A DNA stretch of 64,000 nt from Okamejei kenojei. Taxonomy: Eukaryota. A program made the translations under genes and the position numbers. Below the pieces are notes generated by a model. It was not told where the DNA came from. It did not search any database and saw nothing but the letters and a program-made list of their open reading frames with translations. The first letter of the stretch is position 1, and every line of letters starts with the position of its first letter. Location: NCBI GenBank assembly GCA_035221665.1, contig CM069149.1, positions 11,842,001-11,906,000 on the forward strand, read 5' to 3'. This document shows, in pieces, positions 14,161 through 25,345 of this stretch.

Positions 14161-16653
14161 AATGGTTTCAAGCCCCGGTTAAAGCTGAACAACTGGCGTG
14201 AAACTGAAAATAATGAAAGGAAATCGGTTTAAAAGTAGACACCGACTCTGTGTAATTAGCAGAATGCATTCCAATTAAAGGTAGCTCTTCATAATATTCA
14301 CTACTGTTAGTCTTGAGAGAGAGAGAGAGAGCATAGAATATTGCAGCGTGGCGACCTGAAATAAACTACTGACCGCATCAAGATCGGATTTTCAACACTA
14401 GAAAACACATTCTGAAGGATTGTCTGTTTCCTTTGTTATTTCCTGTTGCTGGAGCGGTTTTACACGCAGCCGGTCAAGGAGCAGAGTTAGCACGAAGCAA
14501 CGTTTCTCACAGATCGCCCTTCAGTTAAGAGTTCGGGAAAAGGAAGTGTCGGGCATAGAGCTTTAAAACAAATAACAGATTAGAAGTTTTAGTTGTGGAG
14601 CTGGAAATGGTCAGATTTGAAATGACCCAACAGAGAACGGAAAATGGGTCACGGCATCACTTCGTTACTAGGAAGGAGTGCAGGTGCACACAGCTCGGCG
14701 CCAAACGTAATGAGGAAACGTCTCATTATGTTGAATCACAGAAATGTGAATGGTGGCGAAAACACGTAGAATAAACAAACGCCTGAACCGATCTCTTTTT
14801 CTCTCTCGAAGTGCCGGTTGTGTTCCGGACAGGAATAGTGTGGCTGTAACCGGCCCTGCAGCGTATTCACAAGCTACTAACTAAGCACCTGTGTGTTTTT
14901 AAACAAATATTTACCGAGCTCATTGCACTTGGGGGCTTTACGACCTCTCCCTATTAAATGGCGAGAGGTCGTAAATGACCCGTGATTATTACAAGCGTTA
15001 AGTCCTAACATTTGAAGTTACGAGCATCATCATGGAATCTGAAATGAGGTCTAATTCTATTAAACCTGAACCGAAATAATAAATGTTACCACTATGTAGA
15101 GTTAGAGTGCAAAATATAAACAGATCATTGCCGCGGGGAAACTGCCGCAATGATTGGAGATGGGATATGCAAACGCAAAAGCCGTCGGCATGTTCACCAT
15201 GTTGATGTTACGACTTAATTACCGCAGGTGTATTTAGCCATGATCACATTGAATGGCGGTGCCGGCTCGAAGGGCCGAATGGCCTACGCCTACTCCTATT
15301 GTAGGCTGGGCCTGAACCGGGTTGTCAGTTTGATTAAATAAGTAACTTGTGATTCGGTTGTAATGCGGATATCCCCATTGTACACACTCAGCCTGCATTC
15401 CCGGCTGCCTCTTGCCATTGGCGAGTCCACCCACGCACCTAGGTGGTGAGAGGATGGATCCTAAATACTCTTCATTGCACCACTAAAACTGTGTTTAGAC
15501 ACAAAAAGCTGGAGAAACTCAGCGGGACAGGCAGCATCTCTGGAGAGAAGGAATGGGTGACGTTTCGGGTCGAGACCCTTCCTCAGAATTATCCGTGTAT
15601 CCGGTCATTTTACTCGTCTTACTCCTGGGCCAACCATACATATTCTATCAGGGTTATTCCTATTGATAAATGAAGTTTTGCTGCGCAAATGCAACTCTGC
15701 GAATGTCAGTGATTAATGTCGGGCATGTCAGTGACCGGAGTCACATCGAATGGAACTTTTGCCCCCGTCTTTAAAAACGCTGATAGACACAAAATGCTGG
15801 AGTAACTCAGCATATCTGGAGTTTCGGGTCGAGACCCTTCTTGCGCTGAGTTTGCTTAACACACACTCTGGAACTGAAAATCGCTCTGCAATTATTTCGG
15901 TGCATTCAATTTTCATTAGACAACCAACCCTACAATCAGCCAGATCGATGCCACGACCTAACCCGCACCGCGACTGGCACTGTCTGCCATTGATTTGATT
16001 TCCCGTGAACTGTTCACCCATGACCTCAGCCCTGCCCAGGCAGCAATTCACAGATTTCAACTTTATTCCAAATCGACCTCGCCACTCGAATCCGCATGAA
16101 GTTTTCTCTCTCCCCCCCCCCTCCCTCCCTCCCTCCCCGATCTGACCTCTTCCCATTTTACGCGCCCGGACTCTGACACTCTCCCACTTCTCGTCTTTAG
16201 ACGTTTCCTAAACCTCCCCGTTTTGTGAAAGCTTGTGAACACACCCCAAACACGTATTAACACGGGCTGGGTGACAAATAGCCCAAGCGAGGTTTCCAAC
16301 TGAGAGATAAGACACAACATGCTGGAGTAACAGCGGGGACAGGCAGCATCCCTGGTCGAGACCCCCCTCTTCAGACCCTTTCCAACTGGTACCTTGGGAC
16401 GCCAAGGCGCTATATAAATACAAGTTCACATTGGGCGAGCAATTCCGCAAGATCGTGGGTCAGATCCCCACTGCACACGCAACCTGTCCCGCCGCTGCAG
16501 GTGCGCTGTGCTAAGTGTGGACGAGGGAGCGGCGGCAGCAGCTGACCAGCGCCGGGCTCCGGGAAGGGGCTGGGAAAGGGCGGAGATATGGAGGGGGCGC
16601 GGCTGTACGCAGGCGCCCTGCTGCCGGCCGGATCCCACACGCTTGCGAGCAGA

Positions 16654-16748
16654 AACACACACACACACACACACACACACAGAGATTCAGTCACTGTTTG
16701 CAGCCCCAATGCGTGCATGCGCGCCCATGTGTTGTGTGTGTGTGTGTA
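16654..16748. repeat. (CA)n and (TG)n microsatellites in the promoter
   Basis: (CA)n at ~16654-16680 and (TG)n at ~16728-16747 are directly visible. Confidence 0.9.
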
Positions 16749-16932
16749 TATAAGCGGATTCCTAAATGCAGGCGACCGACTGCACATCTTGCTTGCGTTA
16801 CCTGCAGTGCTCTACGGGTTAGAGACTCAAACAAGGGGGAAGAACAAAATATAAAGCGGACAGAAACAGCCCGAGGATGCGGATCGATCCCAGCGAGGTG
16901 AAACCAGGAATCGATACGATATTGTAGTAGAC

Positions 16933-17015
16933 ATGATTTCTGAATTCGTCAGCAGCGCGGTTGCTATTGCCCTGTATCTGAACACACTGAATGCTGATTT
17001 CTGTTACGATGATAG
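16933..17015 (+). CDS. TMTC2: TMTC2 first coding exon (protein O-mannosyltransferase TMTC2, N-terminus); 83 nt, ends in phase 2
   Basis: Manual translation gives MISEFVSSAVAIALYLNTLNADFCYDD(S), matching the vertebrate TMTC2 N-terminus as I recall it (MIAELVSSALGLALYLNTLSADFCYDDS). It is followed by the donor AG|gtaggt at 17016. It is not in the ORF track because it is short. Confidence 0.95.
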
Positions 17016-17901
17016 GTAGGTATTGTTCTTTCTCCGTACTTCCTGGTCGATCACTTGAAGCTGCCGCCGAGCAATTCATAATGTTATTACGCGAATCTGT
17101 AGACGGACTGATGGATGCGCCGAGCTCCACTCCCCTCCCCTCCGGTCCGAAGATTTCACTTCCTATCTTGTTTTTGCTTTTAAAAAAAAACCTCAGTTGT
17201 ATCACCAGCGTGTGCGGACGCGGTCACAGCGGTGATGCAAAAACCTGTCGCCCAACTGGAGGAAGCGAGCATCTTTCTCACATGTCACCCGATTAGAACT
17301 GTTCTTTTTTTAAAGCATTGGATGCAAGTGAAATTGTCGCAACCTCTTAGCTTTAGTTTCAGTCACAATAGAATTGTTTTATTTAACACAGGCCTGTCAT
17401 AATTGAATTATATGAGCCTGGCATCTTTATGTGTATAGATAGATATTGTTTCACGTTGCATCCCACCTTGGAGCGCCAGGTCGTAGAGGTGTCAGCTCGT
17501 TGTCTGAGACGGGGAGGAAACCTTCTGTGCGAGCTCACAGTTCCGCTGGTGTTCCATTGGCGAGTTACCGCAGTGTTGTGAAGATCGGCATTGTTGCGAA
17601 TTGATTGTAAGCGTCCCCTGTTATTGTGAATCTAGAGTTTTAATCCAGTTTCCGGCGACTTAATCTGATTATCATTTAGCGGCGGCATAATTGGAATATA
17701 TCAGAACAATCACGTGTGGGTAAACTTCACTGTCTGCGCTTTTCATGCCCCATTTACATTTAAACCGACCTCATACCTCGGCGTGATCCTTGATCAATTC
17801 TCATATTGTGGGCTCGCCGATCGTTGAATTTAAAGCTGATATGTAATCAGTTGGAGATGGTCTCTCTTCCCCACCCCCCTTCCCGGTTCCTGCTCCGCTT
17901 T

Positions 17902-18080
17902 CAGAGAGAGAGAGAGGGGGAGAGAAAGAGTGACATCGAGATAAAGAAACAGACAGAATGGGAGAGTGAGAAAGAAAGTGAGCAAGAGAGTGAGGGACAG
18001 AGAGAGGGAGAGAGAGACAGAGACTGAGTAAGAGAAAGACAGACAGAGTGAGAAAGGGGGAGATTAAGAGGGAGAGAGAG
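17902..18080. repeat. GA-rich polypurine low-complexity tract
   Basis: Degenerate (GA)n/GAGAC repeats. Confidence 0.85.
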
Positions 18081-18456
18081 ATTATTTGGTTGGGAGCTAA
18101 TACAAGCGAGTGAAGCCATTGGTACCGGCGAGCGGTACAGACTGCTTCCTCCCGAGGGCTGCTTGCTTTATTTACAGCGAAATATTTGAGAGACTAGTTT
18201 AGCCTTTATCTGCGAGTTTCTCTGAAAGCACGCAGCTTTGTGCAACGTTGTATTAAGCCGACACCGACCGCACCATTCATTGTCCAACTGTGCATTCGTT
18301 ATCTGTGGGGAGCGAGGCGCCCTGAATGAATGGAGATAGTTGACAGTACTGGATTTATCTGTTAGCACGCCGGCAGACACTTGGGAGAAAGTAATTTCGT
18401 GGCATCGCGTGGGGGGGGGGGGGGATCTGCGCTGTGCCGAATAACAATGATAACAA

Positions 18457-18790
18457 TGTGTAGGGAGGAACTGCAGATGCTGGTTTATATTGAAAATAGA
18501 CACAAAAAGCTGGAGTAACTCAGCGGCACAGGCAGCATCTCTGGATAGTTTCGGGTCGAGACCCTTCTTCAAACTGAGACTCGGGGGAGAGGAATTAATT
18601 GAGATAAAGAATGTAAGGTGTGAAAACGAGACATCAAAGGGGATGTAGATCAAGGAAAATGTGGAATAGATTAAATGTTAACTAGAAGTTGACAACGAAG
18701 CAGCAAAGATTTAAAAAAAAGGGGGGGGGGCAGTCAGAGTGGTTGGAGAACTAGGATGTGGGAGGGATAATGGAGATAGATGGAAAGCAA
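18457..18790 (-). mobile_element. Penelope-like 3' region
   Basis: Reverse complement of the PLE tail (ggaactgcagatgctgg...gctggagtaactcagcgg...tttcgggtcgagacccttcttc) plus adjoining UTR. Confidence 0.7.
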
Positions 18791-21208
18791 TGATTACCCG
18801 AATAGAAATACCAGTTATGCCAGAAATTGATACCAGAAATACCAGTTCCGGAGAGTCTCCCTGGTGTGGCAAGTCCGTGAGCATCGAGCCAGCAGTTCCG
18901 GGTAACCCCACACAATGGTCTCACACTTCACAAAATAAATAAGGCATCTTCCTGGCTTATTGAAATATAAAACGTGCGATACAAGTAATGCGCCGGGCGA
19001 GAGGTTGGCCCACTGCCAACTTCTCAGCATTTTTTGGAGACAAGGTGTAGAAATATGGGCCTCGAAAGACTAATATATCAACCAGGCGTTTGTCTGAAAT
19101 CCCTGCTATTTTAGTGGAGGCGTTAACGCATTGAAAATACCTTACAGTAAATTAACCGGTTTTAAAACAAACGAGTTAACGACTCCTCTAAAATAACAGA
19201 AAGAGAAGGGGTTTCAACGCAGCAGTTAGGAGTTTGTCCGCCAATATCCCATGGATAAAAGGATATTGCCGTTTTGTCACTCCTCTGCCAACGGCACCTC
19301 CCGCTGAGTAATGCTTGAAATAAACAAAAGGGAACGAAAGATCCGAGATATTTGGCCTGAACATTGAACTTTTTTTTTTCATACCTGGTCTCAGATGGAG
19401 ACGGCAGACCAGATCAGAAAGGCAGTTTGTTTATCGTGTGCTTTCTTTTGATGGAAGCGCTTTGGTTTACTTAATCTTGGGTCACGGTTTTCAATGGGGA
19501 ATCTGGTTAAAGTGAAGGGCAGGGACGTTGCCCCTCCACCACAATCCCCGCCACCCAGCCCAGAATATCCCACCAGAATATTACAGCGCAATAATTTAAA
19601 AGTAAAATGCTGTCCCCAAGATGATACTTCACGGAAGATAGGCACAACATGCTGGAGTAACTCAGCGGGACAAGCTTCATCTCTGGATAGGAAAAAATGG
19701 GTGACGTTTCGGGTCGAGACCCTTCTTCTAACTTAACGGATCTTCTCAAGTTGGATGACTTGGTAGCACAGTCTACAGTGCCAGCGGCTTATTGTATAAT
19801 GGTCAGTTTTCTCCAGCGATGAGGTCTGACCCGCAGATTTCCTCCAGCGTTCTGTGTCTATCTTCAATTATGCATATGGCTCACAGGTTATTTATTTTTT
19901 AGGAATCGCTAGTGGATTTTTTTTCAGTCAAGGCTGTGGTGGTTTTTTTTTTCGGATGTTACCAACATTGTCCTAGCGTGGAATAGTGCAAGAAATAATT
20001 GACCATCTGATATATGTTGTGGTGCTACTTTTTCCAATGGTATTGGTTAAATAATGTTATTCCAAATGATTATTTCAGAGGTCTCCTGCATAAGATTCAT
20101 GACTAGGCCATACACCAAAATATTTAACTTAAAATTCGAAACAATCATTCATTGTTTGTGTACTATCAGGAATGTGTTCATAATAACAATCCATACTGCA
20201 CACTGGAATAGCCTTGGATCCGTAAGGCAAACATCAATAAGCTGCATTGTTAACGTGATTGTAGAACTAGAGTTTGTCCTAAAGTACAGAATGGAAAATG
20301 ACAGCCGAGAGTAATTAATGTTGCATTGCCAAGTGCAAATGTTTAGGACTGTACAGTCATAACATTGTTACAGTGGAGGAGGAGACAATTCAGCCCATTG
20401 ACTCCATGCTAGCTCAGCCCAATTTCTGCCCATTTTCCCACAGTCCTACACATTATTTCCCCTCAGACATTTTCCACTTTTCCACTTCAAAATGACCAAT
20501 TGGCTCTGCTTTCTACTCATAACAGACAATGTATTCCACATTGCAGCTATTCTCTGCATTAAATTGTTTTGCCATTGCCTTCCTCCCTTTGTTTTGCCCA
20601 TCTCTTTGACTTTCTGCCCTTAGGTCATCTGCTAATGGGAACAGCTTTCATCTATTTGCATACAGCTGCTTTTCATAAACAGGGTCTATGTAAAATGCCC
20701 AGGTCATCTGTTTCAGATGCAGATTGAAGGATAAAAAACATGTCAAGAATAACTGGAGAATGTTCAATGTGTTGGAAGGAACTGCAGATGCTGGTTTAAA
20801 CTGAAGATGGACCATTAGATAGATAATGTGAAGAAGGATCTCGACCCGAAACGTCACCTATTCAATTTCTCCAGAGAGGCTGTTTAACCTACTGAGTTTC
20901 TCCAGTCCAGCATTTGTGCCTATCTTTGGAGAAAGCTCATGCTCCTTATATAAGATTGTACTCAGAAACTCAGAAATAACAGTGGAACTGCACGTCAGGC
21001 AGCAGCTGTGAAAAGAGGAAGAAAAAGTGATCCCTTATGGTCATTATCCTTTCATGTGAAATGGATATACTTAGAGATAAGCAACGTTAGATTTGGAGAG
21101 AGAGAGATGGGAGGAAAAACACGGAGTATCTGTGGTTGGTGGAAGACAAGAGATGGCACGGTGGTGCAACAGTAGAGCTGCTGTTTACAGTGCCAGAGGA
21201 CTGGGTTC

Positions 21209-21346
21209 TTCTTCTTCTTTCGTGTGGCGTGCACAGCCTAAAGTTGTAGGACAACTTGTTCTATTTGATCTTCTGTTTGTGCACGTCGAGTTGATTGCAT
21301 TAGTCGAAACAGGGCGGACCACGTGAAGGTTGCAATCTTCCACCCC
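21209..21346 (-). mobile_element. short non-autonomous retroposon with 5' HDV-like ribozyme and (GAA)n tail
   Basis: 14-bp TSD AGAGGACTGGGTTC at 21195-21208 and 21347-21360; (TTC)n at 21209-21220; ribozyme fold at the 5' end. Confidence 0.88.
21293..21346 (-). ncRNA. minimal HDV-like self-cleaving ribozyme (54 nt)
   Basis: Minus-strand RNA: GGGGUGG(P1) AA GAUUGCA(P2) ACC(P3) UUCACGU(L3) GGU(P3') CCGCCCU(P1') G U-UUCG-A CUAA(J4/2) UGCAAUC(P2'). The G1-U wobble, the L3 U...G pair and the catalytic C are all present. Confidence 0.85.
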
Positions 21347-21465
21347 AGAGGACTGGGTTCAATCCTGACTATGGGTGCTGTCTGTATGGAGTTTGTATGA
21401 TCTTCCCGTGATCATGTGGGTTTTCTCTGGGTGCTCCGTTTCCTCCCACACGCCACAAAAACATA

Positions 21466-22140
21466 CAGTGCCCTCCATAATGTTTGGGACAAAGACCCAT
21501 CATTTATTTATTTGCCACTGTACTCCACAATTTGAGATATGTAATAGAAAAAAAATCATATATGGTTAAAGTGCACATTGTCAGATATTTATAAAGGCCA
21601 TTTTTTATAGATTTTGGTTTCACCATGTAGAAATGACAGCAGGGTTTATACATAGTCCCCTCATTTCAGGGCACCATAATGTTTGGGACACATAGCTTCA
21701 CAGGTGTTTGTAATTGCTCAGGTGTGTTTAAATGCCCCCTTAATGCAGGTATAAGAGAGCTCTCAGCACCTAGTCTTTCCATCACCTTTGGAAACTTTTA
21801 TTGCTATTTACCAACATGGGGATCAAATTTGTGCCAATGAAAGAAGCCATTATGAGACTGAGAAACGCGAATAAAACTGTTAGAGACACAGGCCAAACCT
21901 TAGGCTTACCAAATTCAACTGTTTGGAAAATTATTAAGAAAAATGAGAGCACTGGTGAGCTTACTGATTGCAAAGGGACTGACGGGCCAAGGAAGACCTC
22001 CACAGCTGATGACTGAAGAATTCTCTCTATAATAAAGAAAACCCCCCAAACACCTGTCCGACAGATCAGAAACACTGTTCGGGTGTGGATTTGTCAATGA
22101 CCACTGTCCGCAGAAGACTTCATGAACGGAAATACAGAGA
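21466..22140 (+). mobile_element. Tc1/mariner transposon, left end and truncated transposase
   Basis: TA|CAGTG start; repeated CCATAATGTTTGGGACA (IR/DR type) at ~21474 and ~21674; ORF 21801-22016 is a paired-like HTH (STVWKIIKK...GPRKTS), then an in-frame stop and TTVRRRLHE. Confidence 0.9.
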
Positions 22141-22769
22141 GTAACATTCCACCAGTCATCCTGAAGTCTATTGAAACTGCACCGAGGTAGATTATTCATT
22201 TCAATGCAAGCAGGGGAGGGGGGACACATCTCAGGTAATTTACCATTTTTTGAATTAGTGACTAAATTTCCTGGATGGCACAAATTATACAATGTGTTTT
22301 TCACAGGATTGAAGTTATCTTCCATCTGGTATGCAGATTAACATATTCAAGCCTTTTCTTGTGTGTCTACTTGGATTTGCAGCATTCTCAACAGTGAGTT
22401 AGGAACCTGACTATTGAGTCTTGCACCGCTGTTTAAACATTGATGCCTTTCAGGAATCTTTAGCATCAAGACGAAAATGGTGGTTCACAGGCATTGATCA
22501 ATTGTCCGGACTTTATTGTCAGTACAATATAATTTGAAACCTTCAATTTTATTTTCCTGATCGATATCTAGCATTTCGCCAGTCATGACAAGTTTGGATC
22601 TCTCTCATCCTGTACATCCTGTGTACCCCCATCTCTTGGGTAGAAAACAGGATGTTTGTCCACTGAATTGAATTGTTCTGTTCTGATCACTGCACCCTCA
22701 TTTAAAGAATGCTGCAAAATTTGAATGCATTGCTGCCTCGGACAATTATTTGCTCTCTTTCACAAACAA

Positions 22770-23070
22770 TAACTCAAACAAGAGGGCATGACATGAGAAT
22801 TAAGGGACAGAGGTTTCGGTGTAACGTGAGGGGGAACTTCTTTACTCAGAGGGTGGTGGCTGTGTGGAATCAGCTTCCAGCAGAAGTGGTGGAGGCAGGA
22901 TCGATTTTAACATTTAAGAGTAAAGTGGATAAGTATATGGACGTGAAGGGAATGGAGGGGTATGGTCTGAGTGCAGGTAGATGGTAGGGGAAAACAAATG
23001 GTCGGCACGGACTGGAAGGGCCGAGAGGGCCTGTTTCCGTGCTGTAATTGTATATATGGTTATATGGTTA
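22770..23070 (+). mobile_element. CR1 LINE 3' end
   Basis: ORF contains TRGHDMRIKG...FFTQRVVAVWNQLP; (tatatggt)n tail. Confidence 0.9.
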
Positions 23071-23784
23071 TAACTCCCATAATCCCTTGTAGAGTCAAAA
23101 ACATTTTTTCACCTATCTGAAGTCATATAAATGCTATTAGTGCTGATATCTCGTAGTCTAAGAGTCATCCAGCACAGAAACAGGGACTTCAGCTCAACTT
23201 GTCCATGCTAACCAAGATGCCCCATCTAAACTAGTCCCATTTGCCTGCATTTGGCCCGTGTCCCTCTAAACCTTTTGTATCCATTATGCATCTATAATAT
23301 CATTGGTAAATTTACTAATATTATTTAAAATCTCATCCTTTTTTTTGTAAATCTTCTCTCTGACTTGCCAGACATTAGTGAAGTCATGCTAAAATAATCG
23401 CTTCAACCTTTCTCATATTTAATAAACATCAAAGCAAGTACATTATTTTCTTTTAAATTGTCCATTTGACATAAGGTGAGAAAATCTTAAGGGGCTGGGG
23501 TTATTTTAAGACTTGATTAGCTTGTACTGTTGCTTGCTATTGCAGTTGTGTCAGTACGTGGCCTTTATGCTTGGAGCAATAGATGAGTATATTGTAATTT
23601 TTTGACAGTAGCTCGTGTAGTCAATGCCAAAATCCAATAGAAAAAGGTCATGCATTTTAAACAAGCCTCTCTTGTCACGAAAGTGGAAAATGTTGTAAAT
23701 TACATTTTGAAATAGTTGGCAAAATGTTTATAAAAGAAGCAGAAGTTCAACAATTTTTAAAAAATGAAATAAAATGATATCATA

Positions 23785-24140
23785 TTATATAAAATCATGA
23801 GAGGAATAGATCAGGGAGATGCACAGATTCCCTTGCCCAGAGTAGGGGAATCGAGGACAAGAAGACGTAGGTTTAAGGTGAAGGGGAAAAGATTTAATAG
23901 GAATATATTTTTTTTCACACAAAGGGTGGTGGGGCTATGGAATAAGCTGCCAGAGGAGGTAATTGAGGCAGGGGCAATCACAACATTTAAGAACAGTTAC
24001 ATGGATAGGACAGGTTTGGAGGGGAACGGGCCAAACGCGGGAAGTGGGACGAGTGTAGCTGGGACATGTTGGCAAGTTGGTATAGGCAAGTTGGGCTGAA
24101 GGGCCTGTTTCCACACTGTATCACTATATGATTCTTTGAC
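23785..24140 (+). mobile_element. CR1 LINE 3' end
   Basis: ORF contains FFTQRVVGLWNKLPEEV; tail gggctgaagggcctgtttcc. Confidence 0.9.
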
Positions 24141-24674
24141 TCTATTGCTTTTTAAGAATGAGTAAAATTACAACATAACAAACTTCTTTTAAATAAATTA
24201 TCAATCCAGAAGCACATGTCCATTAAGAGCTGATATGATAATATTTTTGAGCAAGACTGATATAAGACAGACCACGTTGTATGCACTATCAGATCTTTTA
24301 TTGTCAAGCCGTTTGAAGGTCTAGGGTTTATATATACCAGCTGGGAAGGGATTGAGTATTGGATATGTCTGAAAACATAAATAAACCGTCCCTTGTTAAG
24401 AATAAAAATGATCTAAGCCAAAATATGTGTAATCCTTTTACCCCTCTTAACACCAGATATTTATGTTTGTATTTGAGTAAAGATGATTTAGTTTAAATAC
24501 ATGATGGCCTCAAATGCTCTGGTCGTGGTGAGCTGACCTATGAGATAAATGGGAAATTTTCTTCTGCAGATCTGCAATGGCCATATTTACAAAAACCATC
24601 TGTGACGAAATGGTGTGGTTCTGTGTGGAGTCATGTCCTTGCACATGTGAATGTTGTCATTTGAGGAGAAACGT

Positions 24675-25030
24675 TCATAAGTTTTAGGAGCACAATTAGG
24701 CCATTCGGCACATCATCCACTCTAATATTCAATCATGACTGATCTATCTTTCCCTCTCAACCCCATTCTCTTGTCTTCTCCCCATAACCCCTGACACCCG
24801 TACTAATCAAGAATCTATCAATCTCCGCCTTAAAAAAATATATCCATTGACTTGGCCACCACAGTCATCTGTGGCAATGAATTCCACAGATTCAGCAGCC
24901 TCTGACTAACAACATTCCTCCTCATCTCCTTTCTAAAGTTCAGTCCTTTCATTCTGAGGCTATGGCCTCTGCTCCTAGACTCTCCCATGAGTGGAAGCAT
25001 CCACTCCACAACCCCTCTATCCATCCATGC
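24675..25030 (-). mobile_element. CR1 LINE 3' end
   Basis: ORF contains GESRSRGHSL...LWNSLPQ. Confidence 0.85.
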
Positions 25031-25184
25031 CTCTCAAGATGGACCACCCGCCAAAGTAAAAGGCTGCAAACCTTGTTAGTTGACTTAAATAAAACTTGGC
25101 ATAAACATTTAGTAAATGTTAAAATTCAATCAAATATTTTCAAAAAGTATTAGTTGGGGGAACTGAGATTTCAAGTTCCCTGTT

Positions 25185-25345
25185 ACCTGAATTCTTCATC
25201 CCCCTCCCACTCTGACCCATCTGCTTGTGGCCTCCTGCACTGTTCTGACGATTCTCAACATAAGCTTGAAGAGCACCACCTCATTCCTCACCTGGATGCC
25301 TTGCAGCTTTCTGGAGTCAATATTGAATCAAACAATTTTGGATAA
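25185..25345 (+). mobile_element. Penelope-like GIY-YIG C-terminal fragment
   Basis: ORF contains GLLHCSDDSQHKLEEHHLIPHLDALQLSGVNIE, homologous to the fragment at 6340. Confidence 0.7.

Larger units (their letters stand above)
15900..17300 (+). promoter_or_regulatory. TMTC2: CpG-rich TMTC2 promoter/5'UTR region
   Basis: High CpG density relative to flanks; GC box (GGGCGG ~16578); NRF1-like GCGTGCATGCGC at ~16711; TATA-like motifs at 16411 and ~16747; lies directly upstream of the TMTC2 ATG. CpG enrichment extends more weakly over ~14300-19400. Confidence 0.75.
21155..21463 (+). mobile_element. HE1-type tRNA-derived SINE, interrupted by two nested insertions
   Basis: GGCACGGTGG..CA..GTAGAG A-box region and GGTTCAATCC B-box; body matches the intact copy at 60364. 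Confidence 0.85.

Noticed and set aside
16410-17296. ORF-track ORFs across the promoter, including 16991-17296
   Set aside because: Artefacts of high GC and microsatellites; the real frame is the 83-nt TMTC2 exon.
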